Positions 34,669-43,029 of a stretch of 64,000 nucleotides of DNA are shown here, in pieces; the first letter of the stretch is position 1, and every line of letters begins with the position of its first letter. Below the pieces are notes generated by a model, which did no database searches, was not told the DNA's origin, and saw only the letters and a list, made by a program, of their open reading frames with translations. This DNA comes from Anaerolineales bacterium (GTDB lineage: Bacteria; Chloroflexota; Anaerolineae; Anaerolineales; Villigracilaceae). The DNA is taken from NCBI GenBank assembly GCA_035498395.1, contig DATKAF010000297.1:930-64929 (forward strand), written 5' to 3'. The translations under genes were made by a program, and so were the position numbers.

Positions 34669-37013
34669 CGGTCCACCTCTAGCGAAACCGTCGATCGGCT
34701 GACGCTGAGATACGAGTTTGCCAAAGGTTCGATGCGCAATCTCACTTCGCCGCCGGGCCCGACGTAGCGGGACGGGGCCGGGATGTCATTCAGGCCGCCC
34801 CACGTCAGGTTGTCCACCTTGAACCACTGCCCGTCCTCATAATCCCAGAGCCAGGCAGCCACCTGATTGGAGACTTGTGATGGTAAAGCGCCCGCATTGA
34901 CATCCAGATCCAGATCCAGCCGCGCCACGGACTTGTACGTGATGGGGATGGCCGGATGGAAGCGCAGCACATAACTGCCGCCTGAACCCTGCCCATAGTA
35001 ATTGGGGGAAAAGGGCCCAGACCCATCGGCGGAGGCCTCCCACGCCATGAGGCCCGGCGTGATGCCCACAGCGCCGGACTTGTACTGCACGGATGGGTCC
35101 AGCAGGTCCACGTACAGAGCGGTATCGATGGCCCCAAATTGGCGGCCCTGCACGCGAACAGGCAGCATTTGGTTATCGAGCCAGCCCATCAGGAAGATGC
35201 CCCAATTGCCACGATACCGCTGGCTCAACAGCGCCTGGAGCATGGCGAGCTTGCGAGCCATGTCCTGGTCGGAGACGCCATTGTACGGGAAGTAATTGAG
35301 AATGTTCATTGGTTCTTGCGCGTAGAACTGCGGGCCGCTGCTGGATGAGGCGAGGGATACATTGACCCTGATATAACCGCTCGGCGGCAGATCACCCAGG
35401 CTTTTCCAATCGCCCGCCGTCACCAGCATCGCGCCGCGCAACGTGTAGGGGCTGGCGTTGGTGATCCGGCCACGCAGAATGGCGGTTGTCTTGTCTACAG
35501 TGAGCACAAGATCATGCCGGATGGGCAGCGCCTGCAGGCTGCCATCCACGGCGACGGCCTTCATGCCGCCGATCTCCACAGGCAGGTCGGACACGGCGGT
35601 CGTCCCCCCGCTTTGGATCGATGCAGAGGCGGCGTTATCGAACGGATATAAGATGAAGGGATCGTCCGCTTCGAGGGAGTACTTTGCCCGGCCGGGAGAG
35701 TAGACGCCAACCAGCCCATGCACCTGCGCCTGGTCGGAGCCATCCCAGGCCTGGACCACGGCGATGCGGTTGAGGATCGGGCGGCTGCCGCGAAAGACAT
35801 TCCCATACAGGTATGCGAGCAGGCTGAAGAGTACGACGAGGGCGGGGATGGTGATCCAGGCCAGCTCGCCCTTCTTCCTGCGCCTCAGGATGATGAAATT
35901 CAGGGGGCCAATGATGGCGATATAGAGGCCCATCCAGCCGCAGACGTAGAGCGTGGAAGGCAGCCCAAGCTCACGCAGGGCGGAGAGGGCCTGGTTGGCG
36001 GAGGACGGGTCCCACGGCGTTTTCATCCACTCAGGCCGCGCCGGTTTCGTCCCGAGGAGACCGGAATATAGTTCCTTCATCCCGTCCCAGCGGCTCAACG
36101 GCTGGAGTGAGGGATCGGCGGAGATGTAGAGCACCTCCCCGAAGCCGAGCAGCTTGCGGACGACGAGCGGCAAACCGTCCGCCTCGACGAGGGTAGTTGC
36201 GCCGATCCGCGGCGTCGCCACGGACACGATGGCGGGCCCATCCGGCGCATTGGACTGCCGGAAATAATCCTGGAGAGCCGAAAGGTTGGCGACCGTGTGT
36301 GTGGATCGGATGTCCACCGGCAGGAGATCGCGCAAGCCGGCCGCCGCGGCCTGCCATTGCGGCCCGCCGATGACGACGAGCTTGCCACCACTGGCGACCC
36401 AGCTCTTCATGGCGGCGCGCTGCGCGTCGGTCAGCACAGCGGTGTCCACGCCCGAGATGACGAGCCCATCCAGGGTTTCCCAGCCCTGGGCCTGCGGGGG
36501 CAGGTCATTCAAGTGAACCTGGGCTGTAAACACATGGCCCTGAGAGAGATCGATCTGCTTGAGGAGGTCGTATGAACCGGGCTGGTCTGCCGCGACGCCG
36601 ATGATCATGTCGTTCGATAGCACGCATTGGCGCGTCACCTTGCTCCCGGCGACGGCCTTCCCGTTCATCAGCAGAGAGACGGTCAGCGTGTAACTGCTCT
36701 GAGGCGGGTAAGCGTAGAGCGTCAATTCCTTCCGGGAGGTGGTCGGGAGCTGGAGCTCGCCGCTCTGGATCCGGTCGTTAATGCCGTAGCGTGTCTCATA
36801 GGCGAGCTGTACCCGCCCGGCAAGGTCCGGCCCATCGTTGGCGAGGGTGACGCGGACAGGCATCCAAGCGCCTTCCTTGCAATAGCCGTCAAAGCCAGCC
36901 TCGACCGCCATCGTCACGCCGCCTCCGCTTTGCGCGCGGGCGGGGGCTGCCAGAAAAGCTGCGAGAGCCACGGCGACCACGATCAGGAGCGTGCCTTGCC
37001 TGTACTGCTTCAA
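34665..37013 (-). CDS. Large secreted/membrane protein of unknown function (GATase1-like platform domain, two internal TM segments)
   Basis: Signal peptide (LLIVVAVALAAFLAAPARA). LVISGVDTAVLTDAQRAAMKSWVASGGKLVVIGGPQW resembles GldG/DUF4350-type domains. Central TMs (LYVCGWMGLYIAIIGPLNFII and ITIPALVVLFSLLAYLY). TTG start 7 nt after GGGAGA. Confidence 0.6.
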   Translation of the reverse strand: MKQYRQGTLLIVVAVALAAFLAAPARAQSGGGVTMAVEAGFDGYCKEGAWMPVRVTLANDGPDLAGRVQLAYETRYGINDRIQSGELQLPTTSRKELTLYAYPPQSSYTLTVSLLMNGKAVAGSKVTRQCVLSNDMIIGVAADQPGSYDLLKQIDLSQGHVFTAQVHLNDLPPQAQGWETLDGLVISGVDTAVLTDAQRAAMKSWVASGGKLVVIGGPQWQAAAAGLRDLLPVDIRSTHTVANLSALQDYFRQSNAPDGPAIVSVATPRIGATTLVEADGLPLVVRKLLGFGEVLYISADPSLQPLSRWDGMKELYSGLLGTKPARPEWMKTPWDPSSANQALSALRELGLPSTLYVCGWMGLYIAIIGPLNFIILRRRKKGELAWITIPALVVLFSLLAYLYGNVFRGSRPILNRIAVVQAWDGSDQAQVHGLVGVYSPGRAKYSLEADDPFILYPFDNAASASIQSGGTTAVSDLPVEIGGMKAVAVDGSLQALPIRHDLVLTVDKTTAILRGRITNASPYTLRGAMLVTAGDWKSLGDLPPSGYIRVNVSLASSSSGPQFYAQEPMNILNYFPYNGVSDQDMARKLAMLQALLSQRYRGNWGIFLMGWLDNQMLPVRVQGRQFGAIDTALYVDLLDPSVQYKSGAVGITPGLMAWEASADGSGPFSPNYYGQGSGGSYVLRFHPAIPITYKSVARLDLDLDVNAGALPSQVSNQVAAWLWDYEDGQWFKVDNLTWGGLNDIPAPSRYVGPGGEVRLRIEPLANSYLSVSRSTVSLEVDR

Positions 37014-37280
37014 CTTTTTCTCTCCCTTTACGAGGCGGCTGAGAGGGCCAACCTGCCAGGCTGCGCAGATGCGGACGGCCTGCTCCAGACGGTGATCATT
37101 CAGCGTTCGTTCCCGCGGACCCAGCCAACTGCCACTCCAGACCGCAAGCAGCCTGACTTGCCGGCAATCTTATCACGGCGGCAACTCTCAATCTCCATCG
37201 GATTGTTCTCAAAACTGGCAGGTAGAAGGCACAGAATGCGCGTAGGTGATGTCCCGAGGCGTGCGCAGCGCATCTCTTGC

Positions 37281-37325
37281 CAAAATGCAGACTTCCGAAG
37301 TCTTGTGGACTTCGGAAGTCTGCAT
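37281..37325 (-). terminator. Rho-independent terminator (perfect 18-bp stem, 5-nt loop, U4 tail) ending the catabolic operon
   Basis: ATGCAGACTTCCGAAGTC-TTGTG-GACTTCGGAAGTCTGCAT. The minus transcript continues with UUUU. It lies 20 nt downstream of the SDR stop. Confidence 0.8.
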
Positions 37326-37345
37326 ACGCTGCGCGATCGGGCGGA

Positions 37346-38083
37346 TCAATCGAAGAGGGTCTCGTTCATCGGCCTCATGCCGAGCATGAACAACCGCGAT
37401 TTCTCGGGCTGAGTGACGGCGAAGACGACCGCCTCCGCCACATCTTGAGGATCCATGTATTCCGGCAATTTCGCATCCTGCGGCGTGCGACCCGTTCCGA
37501 AGGCGTGGCGCGTGTTGACGCTGCCGGGCACGATCAGGCTGACCTTGACGCCGACCTTGATGGCCTCGTGGTCCAGCGCGCGGGCGAAGCCGACCTGGGC
37601 GTGCTTGGAAGGGGCGTACCCCGTCTCGTTCGGCAGGCCCATCAGCCCGGAAACCGAGGCCACGATCACCACCCAGCCCTGCCTGCGCTCCGCCATGCCC
37701 GGGAAAAAGGCCTTGGTAAAGAGGAATGTGGAGCGCATGTTGGTATCCATCATCCAGTCATAGTCCTCGATGGTCATCTCGGAGAACGGGGCATACTTGG
37801 CGATGCCGACATTGTTCACGAGGATGTCCACTTCATCATACAGCGCGAGGGTGGCGTCCCGGACGCGGGCTACGTCTTCATCCAGCCGCGCGTCGCCGGG
37901 CACAGCCAGGCCCTTTCCACCTTGCGACTCGATCTCGCCCACGAGCTGCTTCAGCGCATCGGCGTTGCGAGCAGTCACCACCACAGCGGCTCCTTCACGC
38001 GCCAGGGCCAGCGCGGTAGCGCGGCCGATGCCCTCACTGGCGCCGGTTACCAGCGCGATCCTGCCATCCAAACGTCCGCTCAT
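37346..38083 (-). CDS. SDR-family oxidoreductase
   Basis: VTGASEGIGRA cofactor motif and catalytic YAPSK. Start at M8, 5 nt after AAGGAGG. Confidence 0.9.
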   Translation of the reverse strand: MSGRLDGRIALVTGASEGIGRATALALAREGAAVVVTARNADALKQLVGEIESQGGKGLAVPGDARLDEDVARVRDATLALYDEVDILVNNVGIAKYAPFSEMTIEDYDWMMDTNMRSTFLFTKAFFPGMAERRQGWVVIVASVSGLMGLPNETGYAPSKHAQVGFARALDHEAIKVGVKVSLIVPGSVNTRHAFGTGRTPQDAKLPEYMDPQDVAEAVVFAVTQPEKSRLFMLGMRPMNETLFD

Positions 38084-38113
38084 CTCATCCTCCTTTGACC
38101 GCATTAACGAGAC

Positions 38114-39553
38114 TCAAGCACCCGGCTGCGCGCCCTTCCATACTTTGGCCCACAGGTCTTCCCGATCCCAGTTCAGGAAGATGAACATATCGCCGACCGT
38201 GAGCCGCTTGCGCATGAGCGGAGCGCTCAGGAACGCGAACAGGGCCTGCTCCTTCGATTTCGGCGGCACCAGCCCCCTGAACGTTAGCGGTCCTCCGGTG
38301 GCCTGGATAATGTCGAGGATGTCTTTTGGCGTGCGTGTCCATGCCGCGAGCTTCGGCTGTATCTCGGGCCAGGTCTTGAGGAACTGCTCGAAGCGAGGGC
38401 GCTGCGCGTGCCAGGCCTCCAGCTTCAGGCGATAGTCTGCCCAGCATTCCTCGCCGGCCTTGCCGCTCGGGTCGACCTGGAGGAACACCTGCCGGATGCG
38501 GGCGCTCATGGCGGCGGGGTCGGGATAGCAGGCGTCCACATTGACCTCGCTCGCGTCGAACTCCTGCATGAAGCGCTGGTACGCCTCGGCTGCCAGCAGC
38601 GTGGTGAGGGCCACCTGGGACCCGTGCTGGGCCAGCGGCTGAGCCGCGGCCTCCGCCAGCAGGTCGAGAATGTGAGACATGACATGCTCGTAGCCGGACA
38701 TGGGCGTGGTGGCGTGGGAGAGGGACATCGCCAGCCCGCCCAGCGCGATCATCTTGGCGAGGACAGCCATGCCTTCCGGCGAGCGGTCTCGGATGCTCTG
38801 AGCCGATTCGCGGAAGATCGTATCGAGCGGTCCCATGAGGTCCTGCGCCAGCTCGCTGTAGCTGTCGTCCATGCCGAGTTGGTTCGCAAGGTACCAGTCC
38901 GGCAGGCTGACGAAGGCGGCGAGCAGATCGCCGACACCGGCGGCGGTCATCTCGTAGGGCGCATCGGCGAGCGTTTCCATGTCGCAGACCAGCGCATCGG
39001 GGTAGCGCGAGGCGAGGGTGCGCTTGACGCCGTCGACGAAGGTAGGCGCCATATTGGACGTGAAAGCGCTGACGCTATTCGCCGTCTGGAAGACGACGAG
39101 ATTGGAGCGCGTGCCCGTTTCTTTTTCACAGAGATAGCTGGCGTGCTTGGTGATGTCGCAGACCGTGCCCGACCCAACTGCCAGCAGGGTCATGCCCTCC
39201 CGGATATGCTGCTTGACCGCCTCGATGTGCGGCATGTCGGTGTGGACCTGGCCGGTGGTGTCCGGCTGCATGACGACCGGCTCGACGCGCCAACCCGCGG
39301 AAGCCAGGACCTGCTGTACGAGCTCCTTCAAATCCTTGCCTTGGCGCGACATCGGTGTGTTATCCATGACCATGAGCACGGGCTTGGCCGGGTCGCCTTT
39401 CGCCCGCTTCAGCACGTCGGGCAATTTGTACACGGCATCCGACTCAAAGAGCATGATAGGAATGGGCATGTGCTCGCCCGCCGGATAGCCGGGCAGTCTC
39501 TCGATAGCCTGCCAAAAGGCGGGTCCCTCCGCGGGGTCGTATTGAAGCTTCAT
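38114..39553 (-). CDS. Iron-containing alcohol dehydrogenase superfamily, sn-glycerol-1-phosphate dehydrogenase (AraM/EgsA)-like
   Basis: LLAVGSGTVCDITKHASY, VVFQTANSVSAFTS, AAGVGDLLA and HVMSHILD follow the G1PDH/Fe-ADH pattern, with about 100 extra C-terminal residues. AAGGAG SD upstream. Confidence 0.7.
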   Translation of the reverse strand: MKLQYDPAEGPAFWQAIERLPGYPAGEHMPIPIMLFESDAVYKLPDVLKRAKGDPAKPVLMVMDNTPMSRQGKDLKELVQQVLASAGWRVEPVVMQPDTTGQVHTDMPHIEAVKQHIREGMTLLAVGSGTVCDITKHASYLCEKETGTRSNLVVFQTANSVSAFTSNMAPTFVDGVKRTLASRYPDALVCDMETLADAPYEMTAAGVGDLLAAFVSLPDWYLANQLGMDDSYSELAQDLMGPLDTIFRESAQSIRDRSPEGMAVLAKMIALGGLAMSLSHATTPMSGYEHVMSHILDLLAEAAAQPLAQHGSQVALTTLLAAEAYQRFMQEFDASEVNVDACYPDPAAMSARIRQVFLQVDPSGKAGEECWADYRLKLEAWHAQRPRFEQFLKTWPEIQPKLAAWTRTPKDILDIIQATGGPLTFRGLVPPKSKEQALFAFLSAPLMRKRLTVGDMFIFLNWDREDLWAKVWKGAQPGA

Positions 39554-39567
39554 AGGGATGCTCCTTG

Positions 39568-39924
39568 CTAGTATTGGATGACCTGACAGGTGAGCTGCAG
39601 GCCGTAGAGTACGGTCAGGATGCCAACGATCCACAGAATCACATCGACCGCGAGTTGCGACCGGGGCGAAAGCCCCAGGTCACTGAAGATGGCGCGGAGG
39701 CCGAGGAGCGCATGCGCGGCAACCACGACCAGAAAAGAAAGCTCGAGCGCGAGGGCGACCGGCTGGCGCAGGTATGCCACGACTTCGTTAAAGTCCCGCA
39801 AGCCCCCGGCCGCAAGGAAATGCTGCGCGATGAGGTGCACACCGACCAGCACGACCAGCGCCGCGCCGGAAACCGCCTGCAAGAACCAAACCCAACGCGA
39901 CCGGTCCGCCTGCATAGAACCCAT
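39568..39924 (-). CDS. Succinate dehydrogenase/fumarate reductase membrane anchor subunit-like (SdhD-like)
   Basis: 118 aa with three TM helices and a His in helix 1/2 (GVHLIAQHF). The ATG directly abuts the upstream stop. Confidence 0.65.
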   Translation of the reverse strand: MGSMQADRSRWVWFLQAVSGAALVVLVGVHLIAQHFLAAGGLRDFNEVVAYLRQPVALALELSFLVVVAAHALLGLRAIFSDLGLSPRSQLAVDVILWIVGILTVLYGLQLTCQVIQY

Positions 39925-40290
39925 CTACTTCATCGCCATGGCTGCGAGGCCAAGAGCAGTGAGGGCCAACGCGATCAGCAGGCAAGCCCAGAAGATGTGC
40001 TTTTGGTATGGCAGCAAGAGGCCGAGCCCAACGAGAATAAGCCGTAGACCATTCAGGCCGTGGATGAGGACGCCGAAGAACAGCAGGGCGTCGAGGAGGA
40101 GCACCAGCGGCGAGCGCATCAGCTCCAGGAAGCCATTCCAGGCCTGCGGCCCCTGCCGGAGCTGGTTCAGCAGGGCGAGGTGCAGAAACAGATAGGCCAC
40201 CAGCCCGATGCCCGAGAGGCGGTGCAGCATGAAGGCTAGCATGCTCGGCGCTTTGACGCGCAGTGTGAACCAGCGACTGTGCGTTTGCAA
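39925..40290 (-). CDS. Succinate dehydrogenase cytochrome b subunit-like (SdhC-like)
   Basis: HRLSGIGLVAYLFLH (the HR-SG motif of SdhC) and three TM helices. TTG start directly after the upstream stop. Confidence 0.7.
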   Translation of the reverse strand: MQTHSRWFTLRVKAPSMLAFMLHRLSGIGLVAYLFLHLALLNQLRQGPQAWNGFLELMRSPLVLLLDALLFFGVLIHGLNGLRLILVGLGLLLPYQKHIFWACLLIALALTALGLAAMAMK

Positions 40291-41028
40291 CTAGGTGCGC
40301 TCCCGAGCCGAGGCGCCGAGCAGACGCGCGCGCAGCTTCATGATCTCGCGGGCAGGGTCCACGTTCGCCGGGCAGACCTCCGAGCACTCGAAGACGCCAT
40401 GGCAGCGCCACAGCCCTTGCTCGTGGTCCACGCGAGCGAGGACGTCGGCCAATAGCCGCCCACGCGGCTCGGTCGCGAGGCGTCCTGCAGCAGCCAGCAT
40501 GGCGGGGCCGGCATATTGGGCATCCTGCCCTGCCACCGGGCAGGCGCTCACGCACAGCCCGCACTCGATGCAGTTCTCGAAGCGATTGAAGGCGGCGGCG
40601 AGGTCCGGTGCGGTGTGCTCCTCGATGCGCTCGAGGTTAGGGCGGCTGCCGAGGGGATCGACGCGGCGGCGCAGCGGCATATCGAGTGAGTCAAGCTTGT
40701 GCATGAACGGGTTAAATTCCACGAGCAGGTCACCGATGACCGGGAAATTACGCAGCGGCTCGAGCTGCACGAGTCGATGCCCGCGGAGCACGTCACGGAG
40801 AGGGGTGACGCAGGCGAGCTTTTCCCGCCCATTGACGCGCAGGCCGCAACTGCCGCAGGAGGCATGATGGCACGAATGCCGGAAGAGCAGGCTGCCATCC
40901 TGAGCGCCGGCTGCCTCGAGGGCGTCCAGCACGTAGGCGCCCGGTGAGACCTGAACGTCGTATTCCTGCCAGCCGGAGGTTCGCTTGATACGCAGCCGCA
41001 ATGGGGTCAACTCCATGCGCCGATCCAT
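40291..41028 (-). CDS. Succinate dehydrogenase/fumarate reductase iron-sulfur subunit-like (SdhB/FrdB-like)
   Basis: 2Fe-2S motif CHHASCGSCGLRVNGREKLAC, 4Fe-4S motif CIECGLCVSACP and third-cluster motif CHGVFECSEVCP. Start at M57 (41028) or M61 (41016); both overlap the end of the flavoprotein gene. Confidence 0.85.
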   Translation of the reverse strand: MDRRMELTPLRLRIKRTSGWQEYDVQVSPGAYVLDALEAAGAQDGSLLFRHSCHHASCGSCGLRVNGREKLACVTPLRDVLRGHRLVQLEPLRNFPVIGDLLVEFNPFMHKLDSLDMPLRRRVDPLGSRPNLERIEEHTAPDLAAAFNRFENCIECGLCVSACPVAGQDAQYAGPAMLAAAGRLATEPRGRLLADVLARVDHEQGLWRCHGVFECSEVCPANVDPAREIMKLRARLLGASARERT

Positions 41029-42167
41029 TTCCGGTGCGAGAGCAATGGCAGATCGCGTGTGCGGCAGGCGGACTGGATGTCCAGGAACTCGCAGACCTGA
41101 TCGGCGGTTTTTTCGGCCATGAGCCGGGCGGTGGTCGTCTTGCCGCCCACGACGGAGAAAAAGCCCGGGGCGCCACCGGCCGCATGGTCGATGCACTTGA
41201 ATGCTCTTGTTGTGGCCCGCCCGCCCGCCCCCTCCACGAGGAGAAGCGGCCGCGCCGCTGCCATCGCGCCGCGCTGGCGCGCCTGCCGGATGGCGGGGAT
41301 CATGGCGCCCGCGACCTCCAGAATGGATTCGATCTGCTCTGGCGAGATGGGGATGTCATCGGGATCATCCACCTTCCAGGAGGTTGTTCCGAGGATGCTG
41401 GTCTGCCGCTGCGGAACGATGATGTCGCCATCTCCGGGCGGGGCAAGCAGGTTGATAACCATGTTGCAGACGCGCCGGTCGATCGTTAGCATGGCGCCCG
41501 CGGACGGCTCCAGAGGCACATGCGATCCGGCGAGGGCTGCGACCGAGCCAGCCCACGGTCCTGCGGCGTTGATCACCACGTCCGCGTGAAGGCTCTCTGT
41601 TGCGTTCGTCCGCCGGGAGCGAATCACTACCGTCCGGTTGGCGGTATCGAGCTGCACGACCTCGCAGAAGGTGCGCACCTCAGCGCCGTTCCGGCAGGCT
41701 GTGGCGAGGAAGCTGAGGCACAGGCGGTAGGGGTCGAAGACGCCATCGGGAACCTGGATGGCGGCGAGGATACGCTGGTCGAGCAGAGGCTCCAACTGCA
41801 AGGCCTCTTCGACGGGAAGCTCGCGCACCGGAATGCCCGAGTCCGAACAGCCTTCCAGGAACGCACGGCGGTATGCCATGCCCGGCTCATCCAACGCCAC
41901 GAAAAGCCCGTCGTTGAGCTCCAGCCCTTCGGGGAGGATGCGCCTGAGGATCCAGTTTTCCTGGATGCACTCCCGCGCCGATTCGGGGTCATTGACCGCG
42001 TAACGCGCCCCGGAGTGAAGCTGTGCCTGATTGTGCCCGGTGGCACCGCTTGCCACACCTGCCCGGTCAACCACCGTGACCTGCAGGCCACGCAGGCTCA
42101 GGTCATGCGCCAGCGCCGAGCCGGTGGAACCCGCTCCGATCACCACGGCGCGCGCTGGCGCAGCCAT
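41007..42167 (-). CDS. FAD-dependent glycerol-3-phosphate dehydrogenase-like flavoprotein (GlpA/GlpD family, short form)
   Basis: Dinucleotide fold VVIGAGSTGSALAHDL, SGATGHNQAQLHSGARYA (GlpD/GlpA signature region) and C-terminal GGKTTTARLMAE. At 386 aa it has no SdhA-like covalent-FAD or capping-domain features. Confidence 0.8.
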   Translation of the reverse strand: MAAPARAVVIGAGSTGSALAHDLSLRGLQVTVVDRAGVASGATGHNQAQLHSGARYAVNDPESARECIQENWILRRILPEGLELNDGLFVALDEPGMAYRRAFLEGCSDSGIPVRELPVEEALQLEPLLDQRILAAIQVPDGVFDPYRLCLSFLATACRNGAEVRTFCEVVQLDTANRTVVIRSRRTNATESLHADVVINAAGPWAGSVAALAGSHVPLEPSAGAMLTIDRRVCNMVINLLAPPGDGDIIVPQRQTSILGTTSWKVDDPDDIPISPEQIESILEVAGAMIPAIRQARQRGAMAAARPLLLVEGAGGRATTRAFKCIDHAAGGAPGFFSVVGGKTTTARLMAEKTADQVCEFLDIQSACRTRDLPLLSHRKWIGAWS

Positions 42168-43018
42168 CAGCCGGCCTTCTCCAGCCAGTCTGCGACACCC
42201 CCCAGGTTCTCAAAGATGTAGTCCGGTTTGTGCGGCGAGCCTGCGACGTCCTCCGGCTTGGTCTCGCCGCTCAGGACGAGTACGGTGGTGATGCCGCTCG
42301 AAGCGCCGAGAGCAATATCGGTGTACAGCCGGTCGCCGATCATGCCGAGTTGCTCCACCTTGAGCCCCATCTTGGAGGCGGCGGCTTCGACGATCATCCG
42401 GTTCGGCTTCCCAACGATCAGGTCCGGCTCGCGGCCGGTGGCGGCCTTGACGAAGGCGATCATGGCGCCAACATCGGGCATCCAGCCGGTCTCTGTCGGA
42501 CAGTTGAAGTCGGCATGGGTGGCAATATAGGGGACGCCGGCGCGCACGAGATCGCACAGCTTCCACAACTTCTTGTAAGTCAGGGTCTGGTCAAAGCCCA
42601 GGACGATGAACTGGGGGTTCTCCTCCGTCAGCTCGAAGCCGTGCTGGCGAAATTCCTCTTCGAGCGGCGGCGTGCCAACCACGAAGAGGCGCGCCGCGGG
42701 GTTGTGATCCTTCAAATACACGGCGGTGGCTTCACCGGAGGTGAGCACAAGCTCCTCCGGCAGCGGCAGCCCGAGGCGCGTGATCTTCTCCGCGTATTGC
42801 CGCCCCTGCTTGGAGGAGTTGTTGGTCAGGAAGAGGAACTGCTTGCCCTGTGCGCGCAGCAGGTCGATGAAACGAAGCGCTCCTTCGAGCAGCCGGTCGC
42901 CCAGGTAGAAGGTGCCGTCCATGTCCAGCAGGAAGCAGCGCACCGCGCCGAGCTTTGGGTCATCGTTCAGGATGCCGGCATGTGACGGATTGGAAGAGTG
43001 CCACGGATCTGTAGTCAA
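42167..43018 (-). CDS. HAD-IIA family phosphatase (NagD-like)
   Basis: Nucleophile motif FLLDMDGTFY, LFLTNNS and MIGDRLYTDI. A TTG start at 43016-43018, downstream of GAGG, is proposed because the track ORF extends over the upstream kinase gene. Confidence 0.75.
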   Translation of the reverse strand: MTTDPWHSSNPSHAGILNDDPKLGAVRCFLLDMDGTFYLGDRLLEGALRFIDLLRAQGKQFLFLTNNSSKQGRQYAEKITRLGLPLPEELVLTSGEATAVYLKDHNPAARLFVVGTPPLEEEFRQHGFELTEENPQFIVLGFDQTLTYKKLWKLCDLVRAGVPYIATHADFNCPTETGWMPDVGAMIAFVKAATGREPDLIVGKPNRMIVEAAASKMGLKVEQLGMIGDRLYTDIALGASSGITTVLVLSGETKPEDVAGSPHKPDYIFENLGGVADWLEKAG

Positions 43019-43029
43019 TGGTGTGAGCC

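Noticed and set aside
37014-37280. Promoter for the MoxR/VWA/ABC operon in the 270-nt upstream region (TTGAGA and TAAGAT elements on the minus strand).
   Set aside because: The spacing between the best -35-like and -10-like hexamers is 13 nt, so no acceptable sigma70 arrangement could be supported by eye.
39568-41028. Interpreting the SdhB/C/D-like genes as the organism's ordinary succinate dehydrogenase.
   Set aside because: No SdhA/FrdA-like flavoprotein gene is adjacent or anywhere in the window. The FeS gene also overlaps the GlpA-like gene. The possibility is retained as the refutation criterion for the corresponding finding.
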